DNA of 64,000 nt from Candidatus Versatilivorator sp. (GTDB taxonomy: Bacteria > Acidobacteriota > Terriglobia > Versatilivoradales > Versatilivoraceae): positions 4,832,001-4,896,000 of the forward strand of contig OZ242296.1 of the NCBI GenBank assembly GCA_965207735.1. Direction: 5' to 3'. A program made the position numbers and the translations under genes. Positions 21,134 through 31,827 of this stretch are shown piece by piece. The notes beneath the pieces were generated by a model. That model saw nothing but the letters and a program-made list of their open reading frames with translations, was not told the DNA's origin and searched no databases. Numbering within the stretch: the first letter of the stretch is position 1; each line of letters begins with the position of its first letter.

Positions 21134-22081
21134 ATGACCAAAGACTCGCAAGGCCGGTTCGATCTGACCCGAATCGCTCAACAGTTGGCAGGAGAGGGCT
21201 ACCTCGTACTGGAAGGACTGCTGGATTCCACCCGGTTGACCGATTGGCGTGGCCTCATTGACAGGTTGACGAAACAGGAACGCGAGTCTCCCTTCCTGCC
21301 GGGCGACGGGCCGGTTCATCCCGGAGACGAGGAAATCGAAACCTATCTGGCGGAATCCTACGCGGTCAGCCGGACGGAGTTGGCCCGAATGATGCAGCGT
21401 GTCCGCCACAGCCGGGCCGAGAACCGCGATACTCCCTGGCCCGTGGGACCGCGGGCAATCAACAAGACCTTCATGCACATCCCCAATCTCTTCGATCACG
21501 ATCGCTCGCAGTACGTGCGCAATCTGCCGGCCAAGACCCATCTGGCCGATGCGCTGGTCGAGCATCCGGTGGTGCTGGGCCTGGCCCATCTCCTACTCGG
21601 ACGAGACTGCGTGCTGGGTGACGTCACCGCCACCAGTATCGGTCCGGGCACGCCGGGAGGGCCCTGGCATCTGGACAACCCCTTGACTCAAATGCCCGAG
21701 CCGCTGCCCGATTTTCCCCTGGGGTTTCAGGTGGCCTGGATGATCGATCCCTTTACCCCGGCCAACGGGGCGACCCGGATCGTTCCTCGGAGCCACTTGA
21801 CCCGCCGCAGACCAAGCTGGAAGCGGGGGGACCAGGCCGAAGAGAAGGCTCTGTGCGGGGACGCCGGCGCGGTTGCGATCTGGCTGGCCAGCACCTGGCA
21901 CAGGATAGGCCCCAATTCCACCGACCGCCCGCGTCGCGCCATCATTTCCTTCTACCAGCGTTCCTGGATCAAACCCTTTTCAGATTACCGCGACAGCATT
22001 TCACCGGAGCGGGCCCGGCGCATGTCTCCCGGTGCACGTTACCTGTACGGCTTCTCGGCCAATGGGCTTCGGAGGGGGTAA
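21134..22081 (+). CDS. Phytanoyl-CoA dioxygenase (PhyH) family Fe(II)/2OG oxygenase
   Basis: WHLD, NGATRIVPRSH, WHRIGPN..RR motifs. Confidence 0.88.
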   Translation: MTKDSQGRFDLTRIAQQLAGEGYLVLEGLLDSTRLTDWRGLIDRLTKQERESPFLPGDGPVHPGDEEIETYLAESYAVSRTELARMMQRVRHSRAENRDTPWPVGPRAINKTFMHIPNLFDHDRSQYVRNLPAKTHLADALVEHPVVLGLAHLLLGRDCVLGDVTATSIGPGTPGGPWHLDNPLTQMPEPLPDFPLGFQVAWMIDPFTPANGATRIVPRSHLTRRRPSWKRGDQAEEKALCGDAGAVAIWLASTWHRIGPNSTDRPRRAIISFYQRSWIKPFSDYRDSISPERARRMSPGARYLYGFSANGLRRG

Positions 22082-22095
22082 ACGATTACGGCGGG

Positions 22096-22656
22096 TCAGC
22101 GGGCCCTTTCCAGGTAGCCGCCGCTGTTGGTGTCGACGCGGACTTTCTCACCCGCGTTGACAAAGGGAGGAACCTGAACCACCAGGCCCGTTTCCAGCTT
22201 GGCCGGCTTGTTGACGCTGGAGGCGGTGGCGCTCTTGAGGCCGGGTTCGGTCTCCACCACCTCCAGATCCACCGTGGTGGGGAGCTGAATACCGACGGGG
22301 GTCTGCTGGTAGAATTCGACTCTGATGGTGATGTTGGGAACCAGATAGAGAATGCTGTTTCCCAACAGGTCTTCACCCAGGTGAACCTGTTCGTAGGTGG
22401 TGGTGTTCATGAAAATGTAGTCGGTTCCGTCCTTGTAGAGATATTCCATCTCCTGCTGCTCCAGGGCCACCCGCTCTACGGTGTCGACGGAACGGAATCG
22501 GTGGTCGATGAGGGCTCCGGTTCTCAGGTTTCTGAGCTTGGATTGCACAAAGCCCCGCTTGTTGCCGGGGGTCAGGTGGGTGAAGGAAAAAACCGAGAAC
22601 AACTCGCCGTCTTTTCGAATCACCATTCCGCGTCTAAGTCCGGTGGCTGATATCAT
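22096..22656 (-). CDS. efp: Elongation factor P
   Basis: LRRGMVI, KPAKLETGLVVQVPPFV, YLERA; loop reads TPGNKRG. Confidence 0.95.
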   Translation of the reverse strand: MISATGLRRGMVIRKDGELFSVFSFTHLTPGNKRGFVQSKLRNLRTGALIDHRFRSVDTVERVALEQQEMEYLYKDGTDYIFMNTTTYEQVHLGEDLLGNSILYLVPNITIRVEFYQQTPVGIQLPTTVDLEVVETEPGLKSATASSVNKPAKLETGLVVQVPPFVNAGEKVRVDTNSGGYLERAR

Positions 22657-22713
22657 GCTGGTCCTCCAACCTCTTGGGTTTCCATCGCTGCCTGTTCCTG
22701 TGCAAGACCTCCG

Positions 22714-24015
22714 CTAGCGGCTCTCTCTCAGCATTCTCTCGATTTCCTTCGCCTTGCGGGGCAACCCCTGGGAGAGAATCCGGTAGCCGTCCCGGGTAAC
22801 CAGCACGTCGTCCTCGATACGGATGCCCAGGTTCTCTTCCGGAATGTAGATTCCCGGCTCTATGGTGATCACCATCCCGGGCTCCAGAGGGCGGCCGCGA
22901 TCGCTCACGGGATCGTGGACCTCCAGCCCCAGGTGGTGTCCGGTCCCGTGAATGAAATATCGCCCCAAGCTTCGCCCCTGCCGGTCTCGACCACGGCTGT
23001 CAATGGTCTCCAGAGCCGCTCTGTGGACGGAGTCGAATGTCACCCCGGGGCGGACCTGCTTCAGGGCGGCCTCCTGAGCCGCCAGGACGATATTATAGAT
23101 TTCCTTCTGCCGGCGGGTGAAACGGCCGCTGACGGGATAAGTTCGGGTGAGGTCGGCACTGTAGCCCTCAAACTCCGCTCCAACGTCGATGACGACCAGG
23201 TCCCCTGAGCTCATTCGGCGATTGTTTTCGGCGTAATGCAGAATGGCTGCGTTGGGCCCCGATCCGACAATGGAGGGGAAGGCAGGCCTGGTGGCCCCCC
23301 GGCTGCGGAACTGGTACTCGATGGCCGCTTCCACTTCATATTCGAATCGTCCGGGACCGATTGCAGAGAGAGCGTGACGGTGCCCGGCCATGGTGATCTC
23401 GACAGCCCGGCGAATTCTCTCGATCTCCCACTCCGATTTCTTCATGCGGAGGAATGCCACCTTGGGACCGGCATCCAGGATTTTCGCGTCGGGCAGCCAG
23501 CGGCGCAAGCGAACCCAGGGTTCCAGACAGCACTCGCCGCCGGCCTCCCGGTGCGAGCCGGGCGGAAGGTTGGCATAGACCTTGCCCTTTGGTGGGGCTC
23601 GTTGAGCCAAGGCAGCCGGCAACTCGTCCAGACCCCGAACTTGCTGCATACCCAGGCGGCGGGCCGTCTCCCGGCCGGGAGCCATTCGGGGTCCGGTCCA
23701 CCGCTCCTGTCTCGGGTCCCGTCTGGCCAGGAACAGGGTTTCCCGAGGGGCATCCGATCCGGGGATCAGCAGGAGCACCGCTCCGGGCTCGTCACAGCCG
23801 GTCAGGTAGTAGAAGTTCTTGTCGGGAACGTACTCGTTCAGGTCGTGGTGGCGACGGTTGAACAGGATCGTCACGCCCTCACTCACCCTCTGGAAGTAGG
23901 CCATCCGTCTTGCCCGGGCCTCCCGGTTGAGCTGGGAGGCCAAAAGGAAGCCGGGCTGCGACACCAGCAGGACAGTGCCGGCAAGGCATAGATGGCTGAA
24001 GAGCTTAGGCCGCAT
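22714..24015 (-). CDS. pepP: Xaa-Pro aminopeptidase (M24B) with probable signal peptide
   Basis: NFYYLTG, DVGAE..SADLTRT, HGTGHHLGLEVHD, EPGIY, GIRIEDD. Confidence 0.88.
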   Translation of the reverse strand: MRPKLFSHLCLAGTVLLVSQPGFLLASQLNREARARRMAYFQRVSEGVTILFNRRHHDLNEYVPDKNFYYLTGCDEPGAVLLLIPGSDAPRETLFLARRDPRQERWTGPRMAPGRETARRLGMQQVRGLDELPAALAQRAPPKGKVYANLPPGSHREAGGECCLEPWVRLRRWLPDAKILDAGPKVAFLRMKKSEWEIERIRRAVEITMAGHRHALSAIGPGRFEYEVEAAIEYQFRSRGATRPAFPSIVGSGPNAAILHYAENNRRMSSGDLVVIDVGAEFEGYSADLTRTYPVSGRFTRRQKEIYNIVLAAQEAALKQVRPGVTFDSVHRAALETIDSRGRDRQGRSLGRYFIHGTGHHLGLEVHDPVSDRGRPLEPGMVITIEPGIYIPEENLGIRIEDDVLVTRDGYRILSQGLPRKAKEIERMLRESR

Positions 24016-24111
24016 TTCTGAAACACCCCTGTTTCACTCTGCATGATCCGCACGGAAGGGGGGCACGGCTAACCACTAGCCACTGATCACTAGTCACTGT
24101 CTTTTGCGGTG

Positions 24112-25734
24112 TCAGGAAACCGTCTTGGGCAGCAGCGGTGCTCGGCGGGCGTCCAGGAAGCGAGCCAGAGGGGCCTGAAACAGAGACATGAAGCCGGTGA
24201 AGACATACCCCACCAAAAACAGCATCAGGAAGGGCAGGGTAAAGTAGTTCCCGCTCGACCAGGCGAAATACACGGTGAAGGCGAAGTAGAGGCCCAGCGC
24301 CAGTTCCAGGAAGGGAGTGCAGCCCATTTTCCCGCGGTACTTGCGTTTGGCTGCCAGGCCGTCGCCGGTCGAAGCAATGCAGTGCTTGGGAGTTCTGCGA
24401 AAGGCGGTCTTTCTGCCGACGAGAGCCTCCAGAACCGCCAGGGAGTTGCTCACCGACAGGCCGATACCCACCGACAGGAGGAAGGGAAGGTACTTCACCT
24501 TCTGCACCCAGCCACTGGCGTCCAGCTCTCGCTGGGAGAGAGCGTAAAAGGACGAAACCGACATGGTCGCCAGCATGAAGAGCGGCAAGTCGATGAAGAG
24601 CATCTGAAACCAGCCCTGATAAAAACGTACGATCATGGCGGGCAGGAAAATCAGCGAAAACATCACCATCAAGGGGTAGGAACAGTTGGCCGAGAAATGG
24701 AAGGCGGCTTCGATCTTGACCCTCAGAGGCAGCCGACTCCTGAAGATGGTCGGGAGCAACTTGATCCCTGTCTGAACCAGGCCTTTCGCCCAGCGGAACT
24801 GCTGACTCTTGAACGCGTTCATTTCAACCGGCAGTTCGGCGGGGCAGACCACATCGGGGAGATAGATGAATTTCCAGCCTTGAAGCTGGGCCCGGTAGCT
24901 CAGATCGGTATCCTCGGTCAAGGTGTCGTGCTGCCACCCGCCCGCGTTCTCGATGGCCCCGCGCCTCCAGATCCCGGCCGTGCCGTTGAAATTGAAGAAG
25001 AGACCCGAACGGTGCCGGCCACCGTGCTCCATCACGAAGTGACCGTCCAGAATCATGGCTTCGGTCCGGGTGAGAAGGCTGTATTCGGAGTTGATGTGTC
25101 CCCATCGGGTCTGGACCATCCCCACCTCGGGCTCGGCGAAATAGTGGATGGTCTTGTGCAGAAAAGTGGGCTCGGGCACGAAATCGGCATCGAAGATGGC
25201 CACGAATTCGCCCTTGGCCACTTTCAAACCGGCTTCCAGGGCCCCGGCCTTGTAGCCCTGGCGATCTTGTCTATGGAGGTAGTGGATGTCGAAGCCGGCC
25301 TGGCGAAAGCATTCCACGCATTGCCGAGCCAGGAATCGGGTTTCGTCGTTGGAATCGTCCAGGACCTGGATCTCCAGCAAATCCCGGGGATAGTCCAGCT
25401 TGGTCACCGATTCGATCAGCCGCTCCACCACAAACAGCTCGTTGTAGATGGGAAGCTGAACGGTCACCACCGGGAGCTTGGCCAGTCTCTGTTTGAGTTG
25501 CGGCTTTCGATCCCTGTTTCTGAAGTAGAGGTAGACCAGTTGATAGCGGTGGAGCCCGTAGATTGCCAGGATTCCCAGTATGATAAAGTAGGGAATCAGG
25601 ATGGTGAGATCGAACAGGTCCAGGCTGTGCTGAGCGCGCACCCCCTCCAGAAAGGATCGGTAGGGGTCCGAGGGAAACAGGAGAGATTGCAACTCCCGAA
25701 TAAAGCTCTGTCCTGGATACTCAAGGCGATGCAC
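24112..25734 (-). CDS. Membrane GT2 glycosyltransferase (cellulose-synthase-like)
   Basis: QLPIYNE, DDS, KAGAL, DAD, TED, QQFRW processive motif; TM helices. Confidence 0.92.
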   Translation of the reverse strand: MHRLEYPGQSFIRELQSLLFPSDPYRSFLEGVRAQHSLDLFDLTILIPYFIILGILAIYGLHRYQLVYLYFRNRDRKPQLKQRLAKLPVVTVQLPIYNELFVVERLIESVTKLDYPRDLLEIQVLDDSNDETRFLARQCVECFRQAGFDIHYLHRQDRQGYKAGALEAGLKVAKGEFVAIFDADFVPEPTFLHKTIHYFAEPEVGMVQTRWGHINSEYSLLTRTEAMILDGHFVMEHGGRHRSGLFFNFNGTAGIWRRGAIENAGGWQHDTLTEDTDLSYRAQLQGWKFIYLPDVVCPAELPVEMNAFKSQQFRWAKGLVQTGIKLLPTIFRSRLPLRVKIEAAFHFSANCSYPLMVMFSLIFLPAMIVRFYQGWFQMLFIDLPLFMLATMSVSSFYALSQRELDASGWVQKVKYLPFLLSVGIGLSVSNSLAVLEALVGRKTAFRRTPKHCIASTGDGLAAKRKYRGKMGCTPFLELALGLYFAFTVYFAWSSGNYFTLPFLMLFLVGYVFTGFMSLFQAPLARFLDARRAPLLPKTVS

Positions 25735-26052
25735 GGGGACGGATCAACCTAATCTAGCGGGATAGGAGGGGCGACGCTCAGGCGCCGGCCACACGGGCTG
25801 CCTGGGGACTCAGAGGCAGGCGCTGCCGGGAAAAATTCATTCGGTTCTCCCGATTGTGCTTGGCCAGGATCGACAGGCTGGGAGGTTGGGCCGACGCAGG
25901 ATACCGATTCGCAGGGTGAACTTCTGAAAATTGATACGATTGCCGCCGCAACCAGGAAACTCCAAAATCCCTCGCACTATACTCTTGCCTCCGACAAAGA
26001 TCAACTGGTTTTCAGGGACAGGATCGGGCGGATAGCCCGCCCCTGCTGGCCG

Positions 26053-27324
26053 TTGTGGGCCCTGCTCGCCTGTGGACTAACCTCGCTGTTCCTCTACCGG
26101 CGTCTGCCGGACCTGGCGGCGGTCCAGGAGAAAATCCCGGAACTGGTGACCCTCTACCTGGGTCTGTTCCTTATCTATCTGCTCTCCCTGCGGCTGTCAT
26201 CGCAGGCGCCCTGCAGTTCCAAAGCCAAGCTGCCCCTCATTCTTCTCTTTGCCCTCGCCTTCCGGCTGCTGCTTTTGCCGGCGGCGCCGGCGCTGTCCGA
26301 CGATGTCTACCGCTACCTGTGGGAAGGCTATCTGCAGACGGAGGGGATCAATCCCTATGAGCACAGTCCGCGGTCGCCGGCGCTGTCGGATTTCCGAAAC
26401 ACTGTCTGGACCTTCGTCAACAACAAGGAGGTCTCCGCCATCTATCCCCCCTTCGCCCAGATGGTCCACGCTCTCTTCTTTCTCGGTTTCGGCTCCGTTT
26501 CCGGGTTCAAGCTGGCCTTTCTGGGAGTCGAGATCGGTTTGGTGGCGGCCATTCTGGTCCTGTTGAAACGGCGCGGCCAGCCGCTGGGTCGAGTCCTGGT
26601 CTATGCCTGGAATCCGTTGGTGGTCATCGAAGTGGCCTGGAGCGGGCATCACGACGTGCTGGCGGTGGGACTGCTGCTTTGGGGTTTGTATCTGCTGCAG
26701 ATCCGGAAAAGGGCAGCCGCCGTGGGGCTGCTGGGAGCGGCCATGCTGTCCAAGCTCTATCCCCTGATCCTGGCGCCTGCTTTCCTCAGGGGGCTGCCGG
26801 CCCGCTATTGGGCGTTGCTGGCCGGGTTCCTGCTGGCGATGGTGGCGCCCTACCTGGGTGCGGGAAGTCGCCTTGTGGGAGGACTGAGCCTCTACCGCGA
26901 TCACTGGCGTTTCAACGGCTTCCTATATTCCTGGTTGACCGGCCAGGGTCTGGATCAGGCCTGGGTGGAGGGACTGTTGGGGGCCGGGCTTCTGATATTG
27001 CTCTGTGTCTGCTGGGTTCGAGAGTCCTGCAGCCTGCGGCAGCTCTATGGTCTGACCGGCGCCGTGCTCCTCTTCTCCCCGACGCTCTTCCCCTGGTACC
27101 TGGTCTGGATCGTTCCCTTTCTCTGCTTCTTTCCCAATCCGGCCTGGTTGCTGCTGTCCGGCCTGTCGTTCCTGTCCTACGAGGTACTCATCGACTGGTC
27201 GGTTCTGGGAATCTGGCAGAGCGACCCGTTTTTTCTGAAGTTGCAGTACTATCCTTTTTGGGGGATGTTGGCGTTGATGGGGATTCGAGGTGTTTGGCGG
27301 CGGAGGTCGAAACTCGCCCAATGA
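26053..27324 (+). CDS. Polytopic GT-C glycosyltransferase (GT87/mannosyltransferase-like)
   Basis: LSDDVYRYLWEG, IYPP, YAWNPL, GHHD, PWY; many TM segments. Confidence 0.8.
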   Translation: MWALLACGLTSLFLYRRLPDLAAVQEKIPELVTLYLGLFLIYLLSLRLSSQAPCSSKAKLPLILLFALAFRLLLLPAAPALSDDVYRYLWEGYLQTEGINPYEHSPRSPALSDFRNTVWTFVNNKEVSAIYPPFAQMVHALFFLGFGSVSGFKLAFLGVEIGLVAAILVLLKRRGQPLGRVLVYAWNPLVVIEVAWSGHHDVLAVGLLLWGLYLLQIRKRAAAVGLLGAAMLSKLYPLILAPAFLRGLPARYWALLAGFLLAMVAPYLGAGSRLVGGLSLYRDHWRFNGFLYSWLTGQGLDQAWVEGLLGAGLLILLCVCWVRESCSLRQLYGLTGAVLLFSPTLFPWYLVWIVPFLCFFPNPAWLLLSGLSFLSYEVLIDWSVLGIWQSDPFFLKLQYYPFWGMLALMGIRGVWRRRSKLAQ

Positions 27325-28706
27325 ATCGAACGCATCACATTGCGGTGATCGACGACGAGAGGGAAAGCCTGGCTGCGATCTCGCGCGCGCTGAGGAGAGT
27401 GGGCTACCAGGTGGATTCCTATGAGGACAGCCGGCAAGCCATGGCGCAGCTGGAGCGGTTCAAGCAGTTCGACCTGGTTATCACCGACTTGAAGATGCCT
27501 CGAGTGACCGGCATGGATCTGCTGCGGGCGGTGCGATCCGTCAATCCGGAGGCCGGTGTGCTGATGGTGACCGGCCATGGGACGGTGGAGACCGCGGTGG
27601 AGGCCATGAGGCTGGGGGCGGACGACTACATCCTGAAGCCCTTGGACTTGTTCGAATTGCGGGACCGGGTGCGACAGATTCTGGAGAGCCGGGCGCCCGG
27701 CGCCCCGGGGGCTGACCCGACCGGCCGGCGCCACGGCGGCGGGGCCACTCGGATATTGGGCGATTCCCCCGTCATGCAGGATCTTCTCGAGCAGCTGGCC
27801 ACGGTAGCGCCCACCCGCTCCACCGTTCTACTGCTGGGTGAAAGCGGCTCCGGCAAAGACCTGGTGGCCCAAACCATCCATGAGAACAGCCCTCGCAAAG
27901 ACCGGAATTTCCTGCCCTTGAACTGCGCCGCCCTCAGTCCGACTCTGCTGGAGAGCGAGCTGTTCGGCCACGAGGCCGGAGCCTTTACCGGAGCCGGCCA
28001 GCGGCGCCTGGGCAAGCTGGAATTGGCCGACCGGGGAACGCTTTTCCTGGATGAGATCGGGGAGATGCCGCCGGAGATGCAGGTAAAGCTGTTGAGGTTT
28101 CTGGAGACCCGGGAAATCATGCGAGTCGGGGGGAATGCCCCTCTGAATCTGGACGTTCGCCTCATTGCGGCGACCAATAGGGACTTGGCCCAGGCCGTTA
28201 GCCAGGGGAGCTTTCGGACCGATCTCTATTACCGCCTCAGGGTGGTGACGCTCCGGGTGCCTCCTCTCAGAGATCGGACCGGGGACATCCCGCGCCTGGC
28301 TTGGTCCTTTGTGGAGGTCTTCGCGGCCGAGCACCGCAAGCGGATTTCCAGGCTCGAGCCGGAGTTGCTGGACAGGCTGGTGCAGCACTCCTGGCCGGGG
28401 AACGTCCGCGAGCTGCGAAACCTGATGGAGAGCCTGGTGGTCTTCTCCAAGGGAGACACCCTCAGGATGCAAGATCTGCCCCCCGAGCTTCGCATCGGCC
28501 AGCCGGGGGCGACGACGGCCTCGCAAGCGGTGCCTCCCCGTTTCCCGGACCTGAATCTGGATACCATCGAGCGTCAAGCGGTCCTGCAGGCGTTGGAGCG
28601 CAGCCAGGGCAATCGGCAAAGGGCAGCCAAGCTCTTGGGAATGGGTTTGAGGACACTGCAGAAGAAACTCAAGGAGTATGGGCTGACGACCCGTCGGCGG
28701 CAGTAG
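27321..28706 (+). CDS. Sigma-54-dependent response regulator (NtrC/AtoC family)
   Basis: Receiver DD/DLKMP, GESGSGK, ESELFGH..GAFTGA, WPGNVREL, Fis HTH; ATG 27321 overlaps previous stop. Confidence 0.95.
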   Translation: MNRTHHIAVIDDERESLAAISRALRRVGYQVDSYEDSRQAMAQLERFKQFDLVITDLKMPRVTGMDLLRAVRSVNPEAGVLMVTGHGTVETAVEAMRLGADDYILKPLDLFELRDRVRQILESRAPGAPGADPTGRRHGGGATRILGDSPVMQDLLEQLATVAPTRSTVLLLGESGSGKDLVAQTIHENSPRKDRNFLPLNCAALSPTLLESELFGHEAGAFTGAGQRRLGKLELADRGTLFLDEIGEMPPEMQVKLLRFLETREIMRVGGNAPLNLDVRLIAATNRDLAQAVSQGSFRTDLYYRLRVVTLRVPPLRDRTGDIPRLAWSFVEVFAAEHRKRISRLEPELLDRLVQHSWPGNVRELRNLMESLVVFSKGDTLRMQDLPPELRIGQPGATTASQAVPPRFPDLNLDTIERQAVLQALERSQGNRQRAAKLLGMGLRTLQKKLKEYGLTTRRRQ

Positions 28707-28812
28707 CGGGTTGAGTGGAGAGCCAAGATTCGCGGTATGATTAGGGCCTTGTTAAGTGGCCGTGCGCCCCCGGGGCGTTTGGGTGTGCCATGGCCATGGC
28801 CGGGAGTGATCG

Positions 28813-29676
28813 ATGAGCTGTACCATCAAGCAAGTCGGAATTATCGCCAAGCCCAAGCTCAAGACCGTGGCCCCGGTGATCGGCCGCTTGCAGGAATGGT
28901 TTGCCTCCCGTGGCGTCGGCTGCATCCTGGAGCAGGAAACCGCGGCTATCGTCAACGAGCGGGGGCTGCCCAAGTCGGAGATCCCCGGCGCCTGCGACTT
29001 GATTGTGGTCCTGGGGGGGGACGGGACGCTGCTGTCGGTGGCGCGTTTTCTGGACTCCCGTCGGGTGCCGATTCTGGCGGTAAACTTCGGCAGCCTGGGG
29101 TTCTTGACCGAGATCACTCTGGAGGAGATGTTTCCCGCTCTGGACCTGATCCTGCAGGGCAAGGCCACCGTTCAGCGTCGAATGATGATCGACGTAGCGG
29201 TGGTTCGTAGCGGCCAAACCTTTGCTGCCTACCGGGCTCTGAACGACGCGGTCCTGACCAAGGCGGTACTGGCGCGGATTATCGATATCGACGTTCGGAT
29301 CGACGGCCACTTCGTGGCCACCTACAAGGCTGACGGCCTGATTGTGGGCACCCCTACCGGGTCGACCGCCTATACGCTTTCCGCCGGCGGCCCCATTCTC
29401 TATCCAACCTTGGGGGCGATGCTGGTGACTCCGATTGCCTCCCACACCTTGACTTTCCGCTCGCTGGTGGTGCCCGATTCCGCCTCCATCGAATTGAGTT
29501 TGAAGGCTACCCAGGAGTCGGTATTTCTAACCGTGGACGGACAGACCGGCCTGGACCTGCAAGGAGAAGACCGCATTCAGGTCCGCAAGTCCGCCAGCAC
29601 GGTCGAGTTGATCGAATCCCCCGACAACAGCTTCTTCGACATCCTGAGGCGCAAGCTGAAGTGGGGCGAGCGGTAA
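28813..29676 (+). CDS. nadK: NAD+ kinase
   Basis: GGDGT, LGFL, LND, DGLIVGTPTGSTAYTLSAGGP. Confidence 0.95.
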   Translation: MSCTIKQVGIIAKPKLKTVAPVIGRLQEWFASRGVGCILEQETAAIVNERGLPKSEIPGACDLIVVLGGDGTLLSVARFLDSRRVPILAVNFGSLGFLTEITLEEMFPALDLILQGKATVQRRMMIDVAVVRSGQTFAAYRALNDAVLTKAVLARIIDIDVRIDGHFVATYKADGLIVGTPTGSTAYTLSAGGPILYPTLGAMLVTPIASHTLTFRSLVVPDSASIELSLKATQESVFLTVDGQTGLDLQGEDRIQVRKSASTVELIESPDNSFFDILRRKLKWGER

Positions 29677-30120
29677 GTGAGCCGGACTTGTCTGGAACAA
29701 CCGAAAAAAGACAAAAGAAAAAGAGGAATCCACGAAGGGCCACGAAGAACGACGAAGGGCCACTAAGGCGCTGAGGTTAACCGCGACGGGGTACCAAGGT
29801 CGCGAAGGGATTGATCGATTTCCGATTGTTTCACTCTCGGATGGTCCGCACACCAGGGCGGGGGCCGGACTTGTTGGCAATTGATAATCCCGGGCGAACG
29901 CCCGGGCGACCCATCGAGCCGCGGAGCGGCGGCAGCAGGTAGCCGTGGGCGTCAGCCCATGGGAAACGTCGCGTATGGGTGTCGAGCCGCGTCGGGGGCG
30001 GCAAGCAAATGCCGGTGAGCCCAAGTGAAGCACAAGCCGACGCAAGGATGTTTATTTGAAACAACGCCTTGTGCCGGGTGGCGGAACATCCGTTCAAAGT
30101 CCAGCATAGTCAGACGGCTA

Positions 30121-30335
30121 ATTTACATGGATGCACAGGATGCACAGGATTATTGGGCGAGAGATTCCACCGTCATGAGTTCAACCATCGCCTCTGTTCC
30201 AACACGGATTTCCCAAAACCCGCTCCCAGGCTCTTGGATCATTTCCAACAACCCCCCGACCATCGAGCGGGTCCGCTTCCGTGGCACAGCCTCTCGTGCC
30301 GTTTATCCTGTTTATCCTGTGCATCCATATTCAAT
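30121..30335. repeat. MITE-like element bounded by inverted 9-mer repeat arrays
   Basis: ATGGATGCACAGGATGCACAGGAT ... ATCCTGTTTATCCTGTGCATCCAT; further right-end copy at ~31968-32010. Confidence 0.65.
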
Positions 30336-30340
30336 AAATG

Positions 30341-31827
30341 GAGCCTTTTGCAAAATTCGCAGATAGCGGGAATTTTCACGTGGGGAAAGATCAAGGAAGG
30401 CAGGTGGAAGGAGGGGCAAGACCACTGTCTGTTGTATCATGAAGGTGTCTGAACCACATGATGAACGGAGGTGGAACTTGCCCCTTAGGGAAACCCTATC
30501 ACGACACTGGTTCCGGTTTCAACGAGAGCTGTTTCCCCTGCTGGAGGAAGTTTTGGGGCCTCTGGGAGAGCGTTACCAGCGGCTGGTGCAGGTATTGGAG
30601 TTGGTGCGGGTGGAGGAGTTGCTGCCTTACAGTCGGGGCTGGCGTGGCCGGCCGCTGGAGGATCGGGCAGTGCTGGCGCGAGCCTATCTGGCGAAGTCGA
30701 TGCTGGAGGTGGCGACCACGCGGGGATTGGTGGAGCGGCTGAGGAGTGAGGGGAGGCTGCGGCGGCTGTGCGGCTGGGAGAGGGCGTGGGAGGTACCGAG
30801 CGAGTCGACCTTCTCGCGGGCCTTTGCGGAATTCGCTGAGAGCGACCTGCCGGGGCGTTTGCACGAGGCATTGCTGGAGGAGACGCTGAAGGGCCACTTG
30901 GCGGGGCATGTGTCGAGGGACTCGACGGCGATTGCGGGACGGGAAAAGCCAGCGGCCAAGGCTGCGCCGGAGGCCAAGCGGAAACGCCGGCGGGGCCGGC
31001 CGCCGAAGGGCGAGCGACGGCCCAAGCGGTTGAGCCGGCTGGAGCGGCAGGGGTCGATGACGCTGGAGGAAATGTTGAAGGAGTTGCCCAAGGCCTGCGA
31101 CATCGGCGTCAAGCGCAACGCCAAGGGGCATCAGGAGAGCTGGACCGGCTACAAGCTACACCTCGACGCCATTGACGGCGGGATTCCGGTCAGTTGTCTG
31201 CTGACCTCGGCCTCGGTGCATGACTCTCAGGCAGCCATTCCGCTGGCGACGCTGACGGCAAGGCGGGTCGAGAGTCTCTACGACTTGATGGACAGCGCCT
31301 ACGATGCGCCGGAGATCCGGGCCTTCAGTGAGAAGCTGGGGCATGTGCCGATTATTGACGTCAACCCCCGCCGAAGAGCTACCTTGAAAGCCGAGCGGAA
31401 GCGGGAGGCACTGGCCCGGCGCTGTATCGGCCAAGTGACTCCCGAGGCGCGGCGCTACCGGGAACGCTCGACGGTGGAGCGGGTCAACGGACGGCTCAAG
31501 GAGGAGTTTGGCGGGAGGCAGGTGAGGGTTCGCGGCCCCGACAAGGTGAGGTGCCACCTGATGTTCGGCATTCTGGCCCTGACGGTGGATCAGTTGATGC
31601 GCCTGACGCTCTGAAGACCGGGTTGCCACCCCCAACCGCACAGCAGGTTCGCCCGCCTCAAGGCCGGGAGAGGGTAAGCTGTGCCTGCGTCCGGCGACCG
31701 CTGGCCATCCGGCCATCAGATTCGGGCTTTTTCCTTCAAAAGGGTCTTTGCAGCTGGGTAGTCACCGCCGGAACATCACTGTTGCCAGCCCAATGTCATG
31801 CCCGATTCCGAATTTTGCAAAAGGCTC
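30341..31827 (+). mobile_element. IS element of IS5/IS1182-like (IS4 superfamily) type
   Basis: Perfect 19-bp TIR GAGCCTTTTGCAAAATTCG/CGAATTTTGCAAAAGGCTC; 4-bp target duplication AATG (30337-30340, 31828-31831). Confidence 0.9.
30478..31614 (+). CDS. DDE transposase
   Basis: PSESTFSR, RDST, GYKLH, MDSAYD, YRERSTVERVNGRLK; GGAGGT RBS before TTG 30478. Confidence 0.9.
   Translation: MPLRETLSRHWFRFQRELFPLLEEVLGPLGERYQRLVQVLELVRVEELLPYSRGWRGRPLEDRAVLARAYLAKSMLEVATTRGLVERLRSEGRLRRLCGWERAWEVPSESTFSRAFAEFAESDLPGRLHEALLEETLKGHLAGHVSRDSTAIAGREKPAAKAAPEAKRKRRRGRPPKGERRPKRLSRLERQGSMTLEEMLKELPKACDIGVKRNAKGHQESWTGYKLHLDAIDGGIPVSCLLTSASVHDSQAAIPLATLTARRVESLYDLMDSAYDAPEIRAFSEKLGHVPIIDVNPRRRATLKAERKREALARRCIGQVTPEARRYRERSTVERVNGRLKEEFGGRQVRVRGPDKVRCHLMFGILALTVDQLMRLTL

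Noticed and set aside
26679-27320. 675-aa extended NtrC ORF
   Set aside because: Extension overlaps the GT-C gene in another frame; the receiver domain starts at ATG 27321
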